Shown: positions 23,685-32,923 of the stretch, piece by piece
How positions within the stretch are numbered: position 1 is the stretch's first letter
Layout: each line of letters opens with the position of its first letter
Assembly (NCBI GenBank): GCA_026713825.1
Contig: JAPONS010000049.1
Location: 64,340-128,339 of the forward strand
Direction: 5' to 3'
DNA length: 64,000 nt
From: Chloroflexota bacterium
Lineage (GTDB): Bacteria > Chloroflexota > Dehalococcoidia > Lucifugimonadales > UBA1127
Notes under the pieces: generated by a model
Seen by the model: the letters and a program-made list of their open reading frames with translations, nothing else
The model's database searches: none
What the model was told of the DNA's origin: nothing
Made by a program: the position numbers and the translations under genes

Positions 23685-25991
23685 GTGGCAGACGACGCCC
23701 TGCGGGCCCGCATCGTGCGGGCCGTTACAGAACAACCGCAGCCCACGGTCACCGTGCTCTCTTCCCTATTGGCGGTCGAGGACGAGCTCGGCTGGATCCC
23801 CCCGGAGGCCATTGAGGAGGTCGCCGCGCGCCAGGCCGTCACGTCGAACGACGTCTGGGCCGTCGCGTCCTTCTACCCCAACTTTCGCTTCACTTCCCCC
23901 GGCGCCCACATGGTCGAGGTGTGCTGGGGGCCGACGTGCCACCTGCTGGGTGCGCAACAACTGCTCGACCGCGTCCACGACGCCCTGGGCCTGGATGGCG
24001 AGGGCGACACCCCCGATGGCGCGATGACCCTGCGCTACAACACATGCCTCGGCGCGTGCAGCCAGGCGCCCGTCGTGTCCGCCGACCACCACCTGCACGG
24101 CCGCACGAACGCCGACGCCGTCGAGACGCTGATTGCCGGGCTGAGGGGAGCCCGTTCATCCTTCGATTTCCCTCAGGGCGAACGGGAGGACGCACCCCCA
24201 TCCCAGCCTTCCCCCATCAAGGGGGAAGGGGACGTGGCGGAGCGATTCCAGGCGCTGCAGCAGCAGGCGCAGGCGCACGTTGCCGAGCTGGATAGCCGCA
24301 CGCGCATCCGTGTCGGCGTGGCGCTGTGCGGGCACGCGGCGGGGGCGCTGCCGGTGACGGAGGCGCTGCGGCGCGAGGCATCGTCGCGCGGGCTTGACGC
24401 GTCGGTGCACGAGGTCGGCTGCATTGGGCTGTGCTACGCGGAGCCGCTGGTGGACGTGCAGTCGCCCGGCGGGCCGCGCGTGTTCTACCGCAACGTGACA
24501 CCGGAGCAGGTCGCGGGCATCCTCGACGCCGTGGCGACGGGCCGATGGAACGACGGCGGCGACGTGCTCGGCACCCTCGGCGAGAGCGCGATCGACGGCA
24601 TCGCCCGCATCGAGGACTGGGAGCAGTGGCGGCTACAGGTGCGCATCGCGACGCGCAACTGCGGGACCGTCGATCCGGGCGACATCCTCGAGTACATGGC
24701 GGCGGGCGGGTACGGCGGGCTCGCCAAGGCGCTGGCAGAGATGACGCAGGAGGAGCTGATCGAGGAGGTCAAGGCGTCCGGCCTGCGCGGGCGCGGCGGC
24801 GCGGCCTTCCCCACCGGCGTCAAGTGGGGCTTCCTGCAGGGCTCCAACCGGCCCAACAAGTACGTGCTGGTGAACTGCGAGGAGGGCGACCCCGGCGCTT
24901 ACAACGACAAGGGCCTCATCGAGAGCGACCCGCACACCGTCGTGGAGGGCACGATCATCGCGGGGCGGGCGACGGGCGCGAACTACGGCTACATCTTCAT
25001 TCGCCACGGCCACGACGGCCCCATCGACCGCGCGAGGGAGGCCATCCGGCAGGCGTACGAGCACGGGTTGCTGGGCGAGGACATCCTCGGCTCCGGGTTC
25101 TCGTTCGACATGGAGGTTGCGCTGACCGGCGACTCCTACGTCGCGGGCGAGGAGACGGCGCTGATGGAGGCCATCGAGGGCAAGCGCTCCATGCCGCGGT
25201 TCCGGCCGCCCTTTCCGGCGCAAGCCGGCGTGTGGGGCAACCCGAGCAACATCAACAACGTGAAGACGCTGGCCTACGTGCCGGAGCTGGTCCGGCTGGG
25301 CGGCGAGTGGTTTGCGGGCATCGGCTACGAGCGCAGCAAGGGCACGGCCATTTTGTGCCTTACCGGCGACGTCAACTATCCCGGCATGTATGAGGTGCCG
25401 TTCGGCCTGACGTTGGGGCAGGTGGTGAACGACATCGCGGGCGGCGTTGCGACGGGCGGGCCGGTCAAGCTGCTGCAGACCGGCGGGCCGCTGGGCGGGG
25501 TGCTGGGGCCGGACAGCCTGGAGATCACGCTGGACTACGAGTTGATGTCGCAGGCGGGGGCGATCCTCGGGTCAGGCGGCATCATCGTGGCGTCAGACGA
25601 CGTATGCGCGGTGGACCTGGCGTGGAACATGGTCGCCTTCTGCCAGTACGAGTCGTGCGGGAAGTGCTTCCCGTGCCGGCTGGGCATGACGCACCTGCTG
25701 GACACGCTGGAGCGCATCGCGTCGAACGCGGGGCGGGCGGCGGACCCGGACCTGATGCGCACCATCGGCAAGACGATGGGCATGGGGTCGCTGTGCGGGC
25801 ACGGGCAGCTGGGGTTCAACCCCATCAGCTCGTCGCTGCGGCACTTTGAGGAGGACTTCCGCGTGCACCTGGAGGAGGGGCGGTGCCCAACGGGGAGTTG
25901 CACGGCGCGCCACCACCGGCCGACGCGGACGTCGCCGGAAGCGGTGTCCGGGTGGTATGTGGAGCAGGGCGCGGGGGCAAGGGGGGTCTAG
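23685..25991 (+). CDS. NuoE-like [2Fe-2S] + thioredoxin-like [2Fe-2S] + NuoF-like (FMN/NADH, [4Fe-4S]) fusion protein
   Basis: NuoE motifs (VCWGPTCHLLG...YNTCLGACSQAPV); second Trx-like Fe-S domain (VGCIGLCYAEPLV); NuoF motifs (GRGGAAFPTG.KW, NCEEGDPGAYNDK, ESCGKCFPCRLG). One uninterrupted frame. Confidence 0.85.
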   Translation: MADDALRARIVRAVTEQPQPTVTVLSSLLAVEDELGWIPPEAIEEVAARQAVTSNDVWAVASFYPNFRFTSPGAHMVEVCWGPTCHLLGAQQLLDRVHDALGLDGEGDTPDGAMTLRYNTCLGACSQAPVVSADHHLHGRTNADAVETLIAGLRGARSSFDFPQGEREDAPPSQPSPIKGEGDVAERFQALQQQAQAHVAELDSRTRIRVGVALCGHAAGALPVTEALRREASSRGLDASVHEVGCIGLCYAEPLVDVQSPGGPRVFYRNVTPEQVAGILDAVATGRWNDGGDVLGTLGESAIDGIARIEDWEQWRLQVRIATRNCGTVDPGDILEYMAAGGYGGLAKALAEMTQEELIEEVKASGLRGRGGAAFPTGVKWGFLQGSNRPNKYVLVNCEEGDPGAYNDKGLIESDPHTVVEGTIIAGRATGANYGYIFIRHGHDGPIDRAREAIRQAYEHGLLGEDILGSGFSFDMEVALTGDSYVAGEETALMEAIEGKRSMPRFRPPFPAQAGVWGNPSNINNVKTLAYVPELVRLGGEWFAGIGYERSKGTAILCLTGDVNYPGMYEVPFGLTLGQVVNDIAGGVATGGPVKLLQTGGPLGGVLGPDSLEITLDYELMSQAGAILGSGGIIVASDDVCAVDLAWNMVAFCQYESCGKCFPCRLGMTHLLDTLERIASNAGRAADPDLMRTIGKTMGMGSLCGHGQLGFNPISSSLRHFEEDFRVHLEEGRCPTGSCTARHHRPTRTSPEAVSGWYVEQGAGARGV
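24150..24233. repeat. Two REP-like units translated in frame inside the NuoE~F ORF
   Basis: CCGTTCATCCTTCGATTTCCCTCAGGGCGAACGG plus CCCCCATCCCAGCCTTCCCCCATCAAGGGGGAAGGGG encode ARSSFDFPQGEREDAPPSQPSPIKGEGD, exactly between the NuoE-like domain and the next domain. Confidence 0.75.
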
Positions 25992-26031
25992 CCCCTGGAT
26001 TCCCGCTTTCGCGGGAATGACGGTAGGGCGG
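25992..26031. repeat. REP-like unit (WIPAFAGMT-type hairpin)
   Basis: CCCCTGGATTCCCGCTTTCGCGGGAATGACGGTAGGG with hairpin TCCCGC/GCGGGA. Copies or variants at 23600-23631, 38570-38600 and 47009-47056. Confidence 0.75.
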
Positions 26032-26073
26032 TGAGAGTGAAGGGACTCTTTTGAGAGAATAGAGGCAGAGCGA

Positions 26074-28668
26074 ATGACGGAGCCCATCAAGCTCACTATA
26101 GACGGGGTTGAGGTCGAGGCGAAGCCGGGGCAGACGGTGCTGCAGGCGGCCATCGACAACAACGTGTACATCCCGTACCTGTGCTACTGGCCGGGCATGA
26201 AGCCCTACGGCGCGTGCCGGATGTGCTGCGTCGAGGTCGAGGGCGGCCGGGGCACGCCGGCGTCGTGCACGCTGCCCGTGGCGAACGGGATGGTGGTGAA
26301 CACCCTCGGCAGCGAGATTCGCGGTCTGCGGGAGAGCGTGCTGGAGCTGCTGCTGTCGGAGCACCCGCACGGCTGCCTGACGTGCCACCGCATCGAGCTG
26401 TGCGGGCCGCAGGACATCTGCCTGCGCCACGTGCGCGTCATGGACCGGTGCGTGGTGTGCCCCAAGAACGAGCGGTGCGAGCTCAAGGACACCGTGCGTT
26501 ATGTTAACGTCAACCTCGAATCGCCGCTGGCCTACAACTACCGGAACCTCCAGATAGAGACCGGCGACCCGTTCTACGACCGCGACTACAACCTGTGCAT
26601 CGTCTGCGCGCGGTGCGTGCGGGTGTGCGAGGAGATGCGCGGCGACGACGCCATCGCGATGATCGAGCGGTCCGGCACGGTGCTCGTGGGCACGTCGCAG
26701 GGGATGTCGCTGCTGGAGTCGGGCTGCGAGTTCTGCGGCGCGTGCATCGACGTCTGCCCCGTCGGCGCGCTGGTTGAGCGCGACCACAAGTGGGACAAGG
26801 CGGTCAACGTGGTGAAGACCACGTGTACCCACTGCTCCGTCGGCTGCCAGGTCAACCTTGAGGTGGACCGGCGTGGGCGCGTGATCCGCTCCATTGGCGA
26901 CTGGGAGTCGCCCGTCAACACGGGGCAACTCTGCTACATGGGCAAGTTCGGCAACGAGTTCGTGAACAGCCGTCGCAGGCTCAAGACCCCGATGCTGCGG
27001 CAGCACGGCGAGCTTGTGGAGGCGACGTGGGAGCAGGCGCTGGAGGCCATCGCAGAGCGGCTGCCGGACTACAAGGGCGGCGCGTTCTCGCTGCTGGTGT
27101 CACCGCGGTCGACGGACCAGCAGGCGTACTTGGCGGGCCGGTTCGCGCGGGAGGTCATGGGTACGGACAACGTCGACCTCTCCGTCGACCACCGGCCGGA
27201 GCTGGTGGAGCCGCTGGGCCGCCGGCTCGGCATAGCCGCCGCGACGGGGACCGTGGCAGAGCTGGAGAGCGCGGGCTGCGTGCTGGTTGTCAACGCCAAC
27301 GTCACGGAGGAGCACAACGTCGCCGCCATTCCCATCAAGAAGGCGCACAAGGCGGGCGGCAAGCTGGTGGTCATCGACACGCGCGAGGTGGAGCTCTCGC
27401 GCTACGCGGACCTCTGGCTGCGGCCGTACCCCGGCACGGAGCGCGCGCTGGTGGGCGGTATGCTCCGGGTCATCCTGGACGAAGGACTGCAGGACGACGC
27501 GTTCATTGCCGAACACAGCGGCGGACTCGACGCGCTGCGGGAGTCGCTGGCTGGCTACGCGCTGGACGCCGTGGCGGACGCGACGGGCGTTGCCGCCGAC
27601 AGGATCGCGGCGGCGGCGCGGGCCTTCGCGCAGGCGGGCAGCGCGGCAGTCGTGTACGCGCTGGACAACGTCGCGCAGGAGGAGCGCGCTCCGGTCACTG
27701 ACGCACTGGTCAATCTCGCGCTGGCGACGGGCAACGTCGGCAAGGCTGCGAGCGGCATGTTCCCGCTGCGGCCCGGTGCCGCGAGCCAGGGCGCCCTCGA
27801 CATGGGTTGCTCGCCGGGCGACGCCGGGTTGAGCGCGGCGCAGTCGCTGGAAGCGATCGCTCAGGGAAGCGTGAAGGCAGCCATGGTCCTCGGCGACAGC
27901 GTGATGTTCACGCCCGAGGCTGTCCATACCCTGACCCACACGGACTTCCTCGTGGTGCAGGCCATGTTCCCGTCGGAGCTGACGGAGGCCGCCGACGTGC
28001 TGCTGCCGATGACCTCCTTCGCGGAGGAGGACGGCGTGGTGACGAGCCTGGACCGCTGGGTCCTGCGCCGCCGCGCGGCCATTGACCCGGCCGGCGAGGC
28101 CCGTCCCAGCGACGCGCTGCTCACGCAGCTTGCGCGGCGCATGGGCGCGAACGGCTTCGGCGGGCACCCGTCGGAGGTGCTGGAGGCCATCCGCGAGGCC
28201 ATCCCTGCGTACGCCGTCGCTACGGACGAGGCGCTTGATGCGGGCGGCGCGCAGATACCGTGGTCAATGCCGGAACGCGCCGAGCTGACGCCGCTCGCCC
28301 CGATGCGGGCTCGCGACTATGATGCTCCGTTCCTCTTTGCGCCGGGCCGGGTGCTCGCGCTGCCTGAGGGCGAGGTGGAGGTAGTGCGCAGCAACGGCAA
28401 GAACGCCATCCGCCGCGAAGACGCGCTGGAGCTGCATCCGGACGACGCCTCCACAATGGGCGTCGCGCCGGGCGACGTCATCGAGGTTGCGGCCAACGGG
28501 CACCGCATTCGCGGGCTTGCTCGGACGACAGGCCCACTGCGGGGCGTCGTGTCCGCGACGGTGCTGTTCGGCGAGCTGGCGACGGCCCTCGACCAGAGCG
28601 CGGACGACGACCCCATGCTGCGGGTGCCCGGCCTCCACGTCATGCCCGTGCAGGTGGCGAAGGCTTAG
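26074..28668 (+). CDS. NuoG-like Fe-S subunit with molybdopterin-oxidoreductase fold (NADH dehydrogenase 75-kDa type)
   Basis: N-terminal 2Fe-2S ferredoxin (CYWPGMKPYGACRMC), His/Cys cluster (HPHGCLTCHRIELC), 4Fe-4S motifs (CIVCARCVRVC, CEFCGACIDVCP), MopB 4Fe-4S (CTHCSVGCQ). The region equivalent to the FDH active site reads DNVDLSVDHRP, with no Cys or Sec. Confidence 0.8.
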   Translation: MTEPIKLTIDGVEVEAKPGQTVLQAAIDNNVYIPYLCYWPGMKPYGACRMCCVEVEGGRGTPASCTLPVANGMVVNTLGSEIRGLRESVLELLLSEHPHGCLTCHRIELCGPQDICLRHVRVMDRCVVCPKNERCELKDTVRYVNVNLESPLAYNYRNLQIETGDPFYDRDYNLCIVCARCVRVCEEMRGDDAIAMIERSGTVLVGTSQGMSLLESGCEFCGACIDVCPVGALVERDHKWDKAVNVVKTTCTHCSVGCQVNLEVDRRGRVIRSIGDWESPVNTGQLCYMGKFGNEFVNSRRRLKTPMLRQHGELVEATWEQALEAIAERLPDYKGGAFSLLVSPRSTDQQAYLAGRFAREVMGTDNVDLSVDHRPELVEPLGRRLGIAAATGTVAELESAGCVLVVNANVTEEHNVAAIPIKKAHKAGGKLVVIDTREVELSRYADLWLRPYPGTERALVGGMLRVILDEGLQDDAFIAEHSGGLDALRESLAGYALDAVADATGVAADRIAAAARAFAQAGSAAVVYALDNVAQEERAPVTDALVNLALATGNVGKAASGMFPLRPGAASQGALDMGCSPGDAGLSAAQSLEAIAQGSVKAAMVLGDSVMFTPEAVHTLTHTDFLVVQAMFPSELTEAADVLLPMTSFAEEDGVVTSLDRWVLRRRAAIDPAGEARPSDALLTQLARRMGANGFGGHPSEVLEAIREAIPAYAVATDEALDAGGAQIPWSMPERAELTPLAPMRARDYDAPFLFAPGRVLALPEGEVEVVRSNGKNAIRREDALELHPDDASTMGVAPGDVIEVAANGHRIRGLARTTGPLRGVVSATVLFGELATALDQSADDDPMLRVPGLHVMPVQVAKA

Positions 28669-28733
28669 CGTGAGGCTGACCCAAGACGCCGGGTTCTCCA
28701 CAGGCGGCACCCCCTTTCCTGCAATCGAGACAC

Positions 28734-29321
28734 ATGCGCCGGAACCTTAGACCTTACGGATACTCGCCCGATGCGACGGCGCCGGGAGGCAACCGTCGTC
28801 GGCGCGGCTTGCGTAATTCCAGGACCATCGCTGGTGTCTCGCTGGTGTTGGCGCTCATTGCCGTCGCTCTCTCCATCGTTGCCCTTGTGCTCGCGCTTGA
28901 CGCGTCTGAAGTCGAGGACGAGCTCGTGGAAGATGAGGCCACCGAGGCGCCGTGGGTTGAACCGGCGGCTCGTACCATGGCTATGGTGGACGAGGCCATA
29001 CGCCGCTACGATACCGAAGGTTGGGCTGAGACAGTTGAGTTCTACCTCTCCCCCTGGAGTGTCGACGGGACGTGGCATGTGATCATGGTGAGCCCTGAAG
29101 ACCGCATCGTTGCGAGTCAGGACCAGTCGCTGCTGGGGCACAGCATCAAGAGCCTCGGCAGGGACTACTGGGGCAACGGCTGGGGTGACATCGAGATCTC
29201 CGAGAACGGACGTTGGGTGCACCAGCACTCCTGGCACCCGGTCACAGGGTGGCCGACGGTGAGCCACACGTGGGTCGTGCGCCACGACGGCTACGTGTTC
29301 GGCTCGGTCTGGTACGAGTAG
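28734..29321 (+). CDS. Membrane-anchored hypothetical protein (single N-terminal TM, extracytoplasmic Cache/PDC-like domain suspected)
   Basis: Arg-rich N-terminus, TM helix IAGVSLVLALIAVALSIVALVLAL, acidic linker, then a globular domain of about 120 aa rich in W/H. Confidence 0.5.
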   Translation: MRRNLRPYGYSPDATAPGGNRRRRGLRNSRTIAGVSLVLALIAVALSIVALVLALDASEVEDELVEDEATEAPWVEPAARTMAMVDEAIRRYDTEGWAETVEFYLSPWSVDGTWHVIMVSPEDRIVASQDQSLLGHSIKSLGRDYWGNGWGDIEISENGRWVHQHSWHPVTGWPTVSHTWVVRHDGYVFGSVWYE

Positions 29322-29426
29322 GGAGGGCGTTCGACGCTTCATTCGTTCCTTCCCGTTGCCCATCGCGCCGCCTTTCGTGTACCATTGTCTGGTTGCACTC
29401 AATTTCACAGAGCTAGAGGGACCCGC

Positions 29427-30299
29427 ATGGACGCCCATCACCTCATCGAAGTCACGAAGAACCCGAACATCCCCGAGTTTCGCGCCGGGGACACGGTCCA
29501 GGTCAACTACAAGGTCCGCGAGGGTGAGCGCACCCGGACGCAGCCGTTCCAGGGCGTCGTCATCCGGCGCATGGGCGGCAAGAGCGCCGCGGCCTGCTTC
29601 ACCGTCCGCCGCGTGACCCGCGGCTTCGGTGTTGAGCGCACCTTCCCGCTGTACTCGCCGCACATCGAGTCGGTGCAGGTGCAGCGCTACGGCAAGGTTC
29701 GGCGCGCCAAGCTGTACTACCTGCGACAGCGCTCCGGCCGCGCCGCCCGCATCAAGGAACAGACCAACCTGCCGGCGTGGCTGAAGGTCAACCCTGCCGC
29801 CGTCGCCGCTGCTGCCGCCGCCGCTGAAGCCGAAGCAGCCGCTGCTGCCGAAGCAGCCGCAGCTGCTGAAGCCGCCGCAGCTGCCGAGGAAGAACTCGTC
29901 GAGGAGATCTCCGCGGAAGAGGCTGAGGCCGAGCTCGAGGCCACCGCGGAAGAGACCGTCGACGAGGCTGCAGAGGCCGCCTCTGACGAGGCTCCTGCGG
30001 AAGACACCGCTGATGCTGCCGAGGAAGCCCCGGCTGAGGACGCTCCCGTCGAGGAGGCTGCCGCCGAAGCTGAGGCTCCTGCCGAGGAGCCCGTCGCCGA
30101 AGCTGAGGCCGCCGCTGAGGACGCTCCCGCTGAGGAGCCCGTCGCCGAAGCTGAGGCCGCCGCTGAGGACGCTCCCGCTGAGGAGACCGTCGCAGAGGCA
30201 GAGCCGGTTGCTGAGGACGCCCCTGCCGAGGAGCCCGAGGCTGCTGAGGCCGACGCTCCAACCGAGGCCGACGGCGACGCTGAAGAGAAGCGATCCTAA
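29427..30299 (+). CDS. rplS: 50S ribosomal protein L19 with a ~175-aa Ala/Glu/Pro-rich C-terminal extension
   Basis: L19 core ([29 protein letters not shown]...[18 protein letters not shown]...RRAKLYYLR) occupies the first ~113 aa. The rest is low-complexity AEAP repeats in the same frame. Confidence 0.9.
   Translation: MDAHHLIEVTKNPNIPEFRAGDTVQVNYKVREGERTRTQPFQGVVIRRMGGKSAAACFTVRRVTRGFGVERTFPLYSPHIESVQVQRYGKVRRAKLYYLRQRSGRAARIKEQTNLPAWLKVNPAAVAAAAAAAEAEAAAAAEAAAAAEAAAAAEEELVEEISAEEAEAELEATAEETVDEAAEAASDEAPAEDTADAAEEAPAEDAPVEEAAAEAEAPAEEPVAEAEAAAEDAPAEEPVAEAEAAAEDAPAEETVAEAEPVAEDAPAEEPEAAEADAPTEADGDAEEKRS
30081..30224 (+). repeat. 48-bp tandem repeat x3 (coding, [16 protein letters not shown] units) within the rplS tail
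   Basis: Two identical units and one degenerate 16-aa unit (residues 233-280 of track ORF 29385..). Confidence 0.85.
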
Positions 30300-30343
30300 T
30301 TCCCCGGCCTTTCGCCGCGCGGCCGGGCCACAGGTGATGCGCT

Positions 30344-32818
30344 ATGGCTGCGCAGTCGGAGCGGCCGCTCGATCGCTACGCTGAAATCGCTGTCGATGCC
30401 GCGGTAGGGCCTGAGCGCACGTTCACCTACGCGATCCCCTCTGGCATGCTTCTTCACCCCGGCCAGCCTGTGCTTGTCCCCCTCCTATCTCGCCGGGTTG
30501 GCGGCGTTGTCTTTGCGCTTTCCGACACCACCGAGATCCAGGGCATTCGCGCCGTGGCGGGCGTGCAGCACCCCGAGCCGATACTCGCGCCGCACCAACT
30601 CAATCTTGCGCGGTGGCTCAGCCGCGAGACGCGCTGCACACTCTACGAGGCCGCCGCCGCCATGCTTCCCCCCGATTTCCGCCGCCGTCTTGTGCGCTAC
30701 CTCAGCTTGGCGGACTCGGATGCTGACGCGCAAGGAGACGGTGGCAGTGTCATCGCGCCGGCGGAGGGGCGCGTGCTGGAGATGCTGTCGCGACGGGGGC
30801 GCGTGCCGCAGGACGCGGTGGAGAGCTCGCTGGGGGCGGGGGCCGCGCGGTCGCTGCGGAGGCTGGTGCGAGCCGGGCTCGTCGCGGAGCAGTGGGAGCT
30901 GTCGCGGCAGGCGGCGCGGCCTGCGTACTCGCAGCGGTTGCGGCTGGCGGTAGCCGAGGATGAGGCGCAGCGGGCCGCCGGTGGCTTCCCGCTGACGTCG
31001 CGGCGGCTGGCGCTGCTGCAGCAGGTGCTGCTGGAGGAGACGCTGGACGCCGCGCAGGCCCGCAAGGAGTTCGGGGCCGACACGGTGCGGCGGCTCGTCG
31101 GGCTTGGGCTGCTGGCGATCGAGGAGCGGCGGCGGGTGCGCGACCCCCTGGAAAGCTACACGCCGGAGCGCGAGGCGCCGCTGTCGCTGACCGCCGAGCA
31201 GGCGGACGCCGTGGGGCACATCGTCAACAGCCTGCGCACGGGGCAGCCGCACACGTACCTCCTTCACGGGCCGACCGGCAGCGGCAAGACGGAGGTCTAC
31301 CTGCGCGCGCTGGCCGCCTGCATCGCGGTTGGGAAGCGGGGGATGCTGCTGGCGCCGGAGATCTCGCTGACGCCACAGCTCGTCGCGCGGCTGCAGTCGC
31401 GGTTCCCGGGGCGCGTCGGGCTGCTGCACAGCGGGCTGTCGGCGGGCCAGCACTATGACACGTGGTGGCGCGTTCGCGAGGGCGGCTATGACGTGCTGCT
31501 GGGCACTCGGAGCGCCGTCTTCGCGCCGATGCCGGACCTCGGGCTGATCATCCTGGACGAGGAGCACGAGTGGACATACAAGCAGGCCGACATGGCCCCT
31601 CGCTACCACGCCCGCTCGACGGCGATGGTGCTTGGGCGGCTGACGGGCGCGACGGTGGCGCTCGGCAGCGCGACGCCGGACCTGGCCACCTACCACGCCG
31701 CCGACCGGGGCATCCTCCGGTCGCTCTCGCTCCGTGACCGGCTGCGACCGGGGCCCGACGGTTCCCCGCGGCCCGTGCCGCTCGCCGATGTCGAGGTCGT
31801 CGACATGCGGGAGGAGCTGAAGGCCGGGGTTCGCAGCATCTTCAGCCGCTCGCTGAGCGAGGCGCTGTCGGAGACGCTCGGGCGCGGGCGGCAGGCGATC
31901 CTGTTTCTGAACCGTCGCGGGGCCGCCGGGACCGTGCAGTGCCGCGATTGCGGGCACGTGCTGCACTGCCGCAGCTGCTCGTCGCCTCTGACGTACCATG
32001 CCGAGGGCGACCGGCTGGTGTGCCACCAGTGCGGGCGGCGCTACCGGCCGGGCGGCGCGTGCCCTCGATGCCGGAGCCCGCACATCCGCTACCTGGGGCT
32101 GGGCACGCAGCGGGTGGTGCAGGAGGTCGAGCGGACGACGGGGGCGTCGGCGCTGCGGTGGGACCGGGACGCCGCCCGTGAGCGGGACGCGCACCGCGCC
32201 ATCATGGAGCGGTTCTCCCGCGGCGACGCGCAGGTGCTGGTGGGCACGCAGATGGTGGCGCAGGGGCTGCACCTGCCGAACGTGACGCTGGTCGGCGTAG
32301 TGCTGGCGGACCTGGGCCTGTACCTGCCCGACTTCCGGGCTGGCGAGCGGGCCTTCCAGCTACTGTGCCAGGTTGCGGGCCGCGCGGGCCGGGGCGACGA
32401 TCCGGGCCGGGTGGTGGTGCAGACGTACACGCCGGAGCACTACGCGGTGCAGGCCGGCGCCCGGCAGGACTACCACGCCTTCTACGAGACGGAGATCTCG
32501 CTGCGGCGGGACCTGCGGAACCCTCCATTCTCGCGGCTGGCGCGGTTCAGCTTCTCGCACACCAACCGCGAGTACGGGGCGAGCGAGGCGCGGCGCTTCG
32601 GGACGGAGCTGCAGCTTGCGCTCGTCCAGCAGGGGCTTACGGAGGTGGAGATCATCGGGCCGGCGCCGGGCTACCCTGCTCGCGTGCGGGGGCGCTACCG
32701 GTGGCACGTCGTGCTGCGCTTGCCGCCGACGCCGGCGACGGACATGCCGTCGCTGCTCTCAACGCTGCCGGTGCCGCCGACGTGGACGGTGGACGTGGAC
32801 CCGGTGACGCTGGCGTAG
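30344..32818 (+). CDS. priA: Primosomal protein N' (replication restart helicase PriA)
   Basis: Walker A GPTGSGKTEVYL, DEEHE box, Cys-rich zinc region (CRDCGHVLHCRSCSSPLTYH...CHQCG...CPRC). Confidence 0.92.
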   Translation: MAAQSERPLDRYAEIAVDAAVGPERTFTYAIPSGMLLHPGQPVLVPLLSRRVGGVVFALSDTTEIQGIRAVAGVQHPEPILAPHQLNLARWLSRETRCTLYEAAAAMLPPDFRRRLVRYLSLADSDADAQGDGGSVIAPAEGRVLEMLSRRGRVPQDAVESSLGAGAARSLRRLVRAGLVAEQWELSRQAARPAYSQRLRLAVAEDEAQRAAGGFPLTSRRLALLQQVLLEETLDAAQARKEFGADTVRRLVGLGLLAIEERRRVRDPLESYTPEREAPLSLTAEQADAVGHIVNSLRTGQPHTYLLHGPTGSGKTEVYLRALAACIAVGKRGMLLAPEISLTPQLVARLQSRFPGRVGLLHSGLSAGQHYDTWWRVREGGYDVLLGTRSAVFAPMPDLGLIILDEEHEWTYKQADMAPRYHARSTAMVLGRLTGATVALGSATPDLATYHAADRGILRSLSLRDRLRPGPDGSPRPVPLADVEVVDMREELKAGVRSIFSRSLSEALSETLGRGRQAILFLNRRGAAGTVQCRDCGHVLHCRSCSSPLTYHAEGDRLVCHQCGRRYRPGGACPRCRSPHIRYLGLGTQRVVQEVERTTGASALRWDRDAARERDAHRAIMERFSRGDAQVLVGTQMVAQGLHLPNVTLVGVVLADLGLYLPDFRAGERAFQLLCQVAGRAGRGDDPGRVVVQTYTPEHYAVQAGARQDYHAFYETEISLRRDLRNPPFSRLARFSFSHTNREYGASEARRFGTELQLALVQQGLTEVEIIGPAPGYPARVRGRYRWHVVLRLPPTPATDMPSLLSTLPVPPTWTVDVDPVTLA

Positions 32819-32891
32819 GCGTCCCGGGGCCGGAATCCCCCGCTGTTTTCAGGCTGGACTCCTCACCAATTATCTTGTTAGCCACACCGCC

Positions 32892-32923
32892 GGTTGTTTG
32901 GTAAAACAACCTGTTTGTTGTTG
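32892..32923 (+). terminator. Weak terminator-like hairpin after priA
   Basis: GGTTGTTT (32892-32899), loop GGTA, AAACAACC (32904-32911), followed by TGTTTGTTGTTG. The stem is AT-rich, so it is weak. Confidence 0.3.

Noticed and set aside
23386-24027. 213-aa + strand ORF upstream of and overlapping the NuoE~F gene. Also 33014..33613(+) and 38359..39204(+).
   Set aside because: The first halves are read-through of REP-like repeat units (PYGG, WIPAFAG, RFSSGRTG peptides). The remainder overlaps real genes out of frame.
26074-28668. Formate dehydrogenase alpha subunit or selenoprotein, considering selB in the window.
   Set aside because: There is no in-frame TGA. The segment aligning to the FDH active site (..C-A-R-V-[C/U]-H..) reads DNVDLSVDHRP. 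It therefore looks NuoG-like rather than a catalytic FDH. This still needs an alignment to confirm.
29800-30260. Tandem repeats as a CRISPR array or non-coding satellite.
   Set aside because: There is no repeat-spacer structure. The repeats are in frame with rplS and encode an Ala/Glu/Pro tail.
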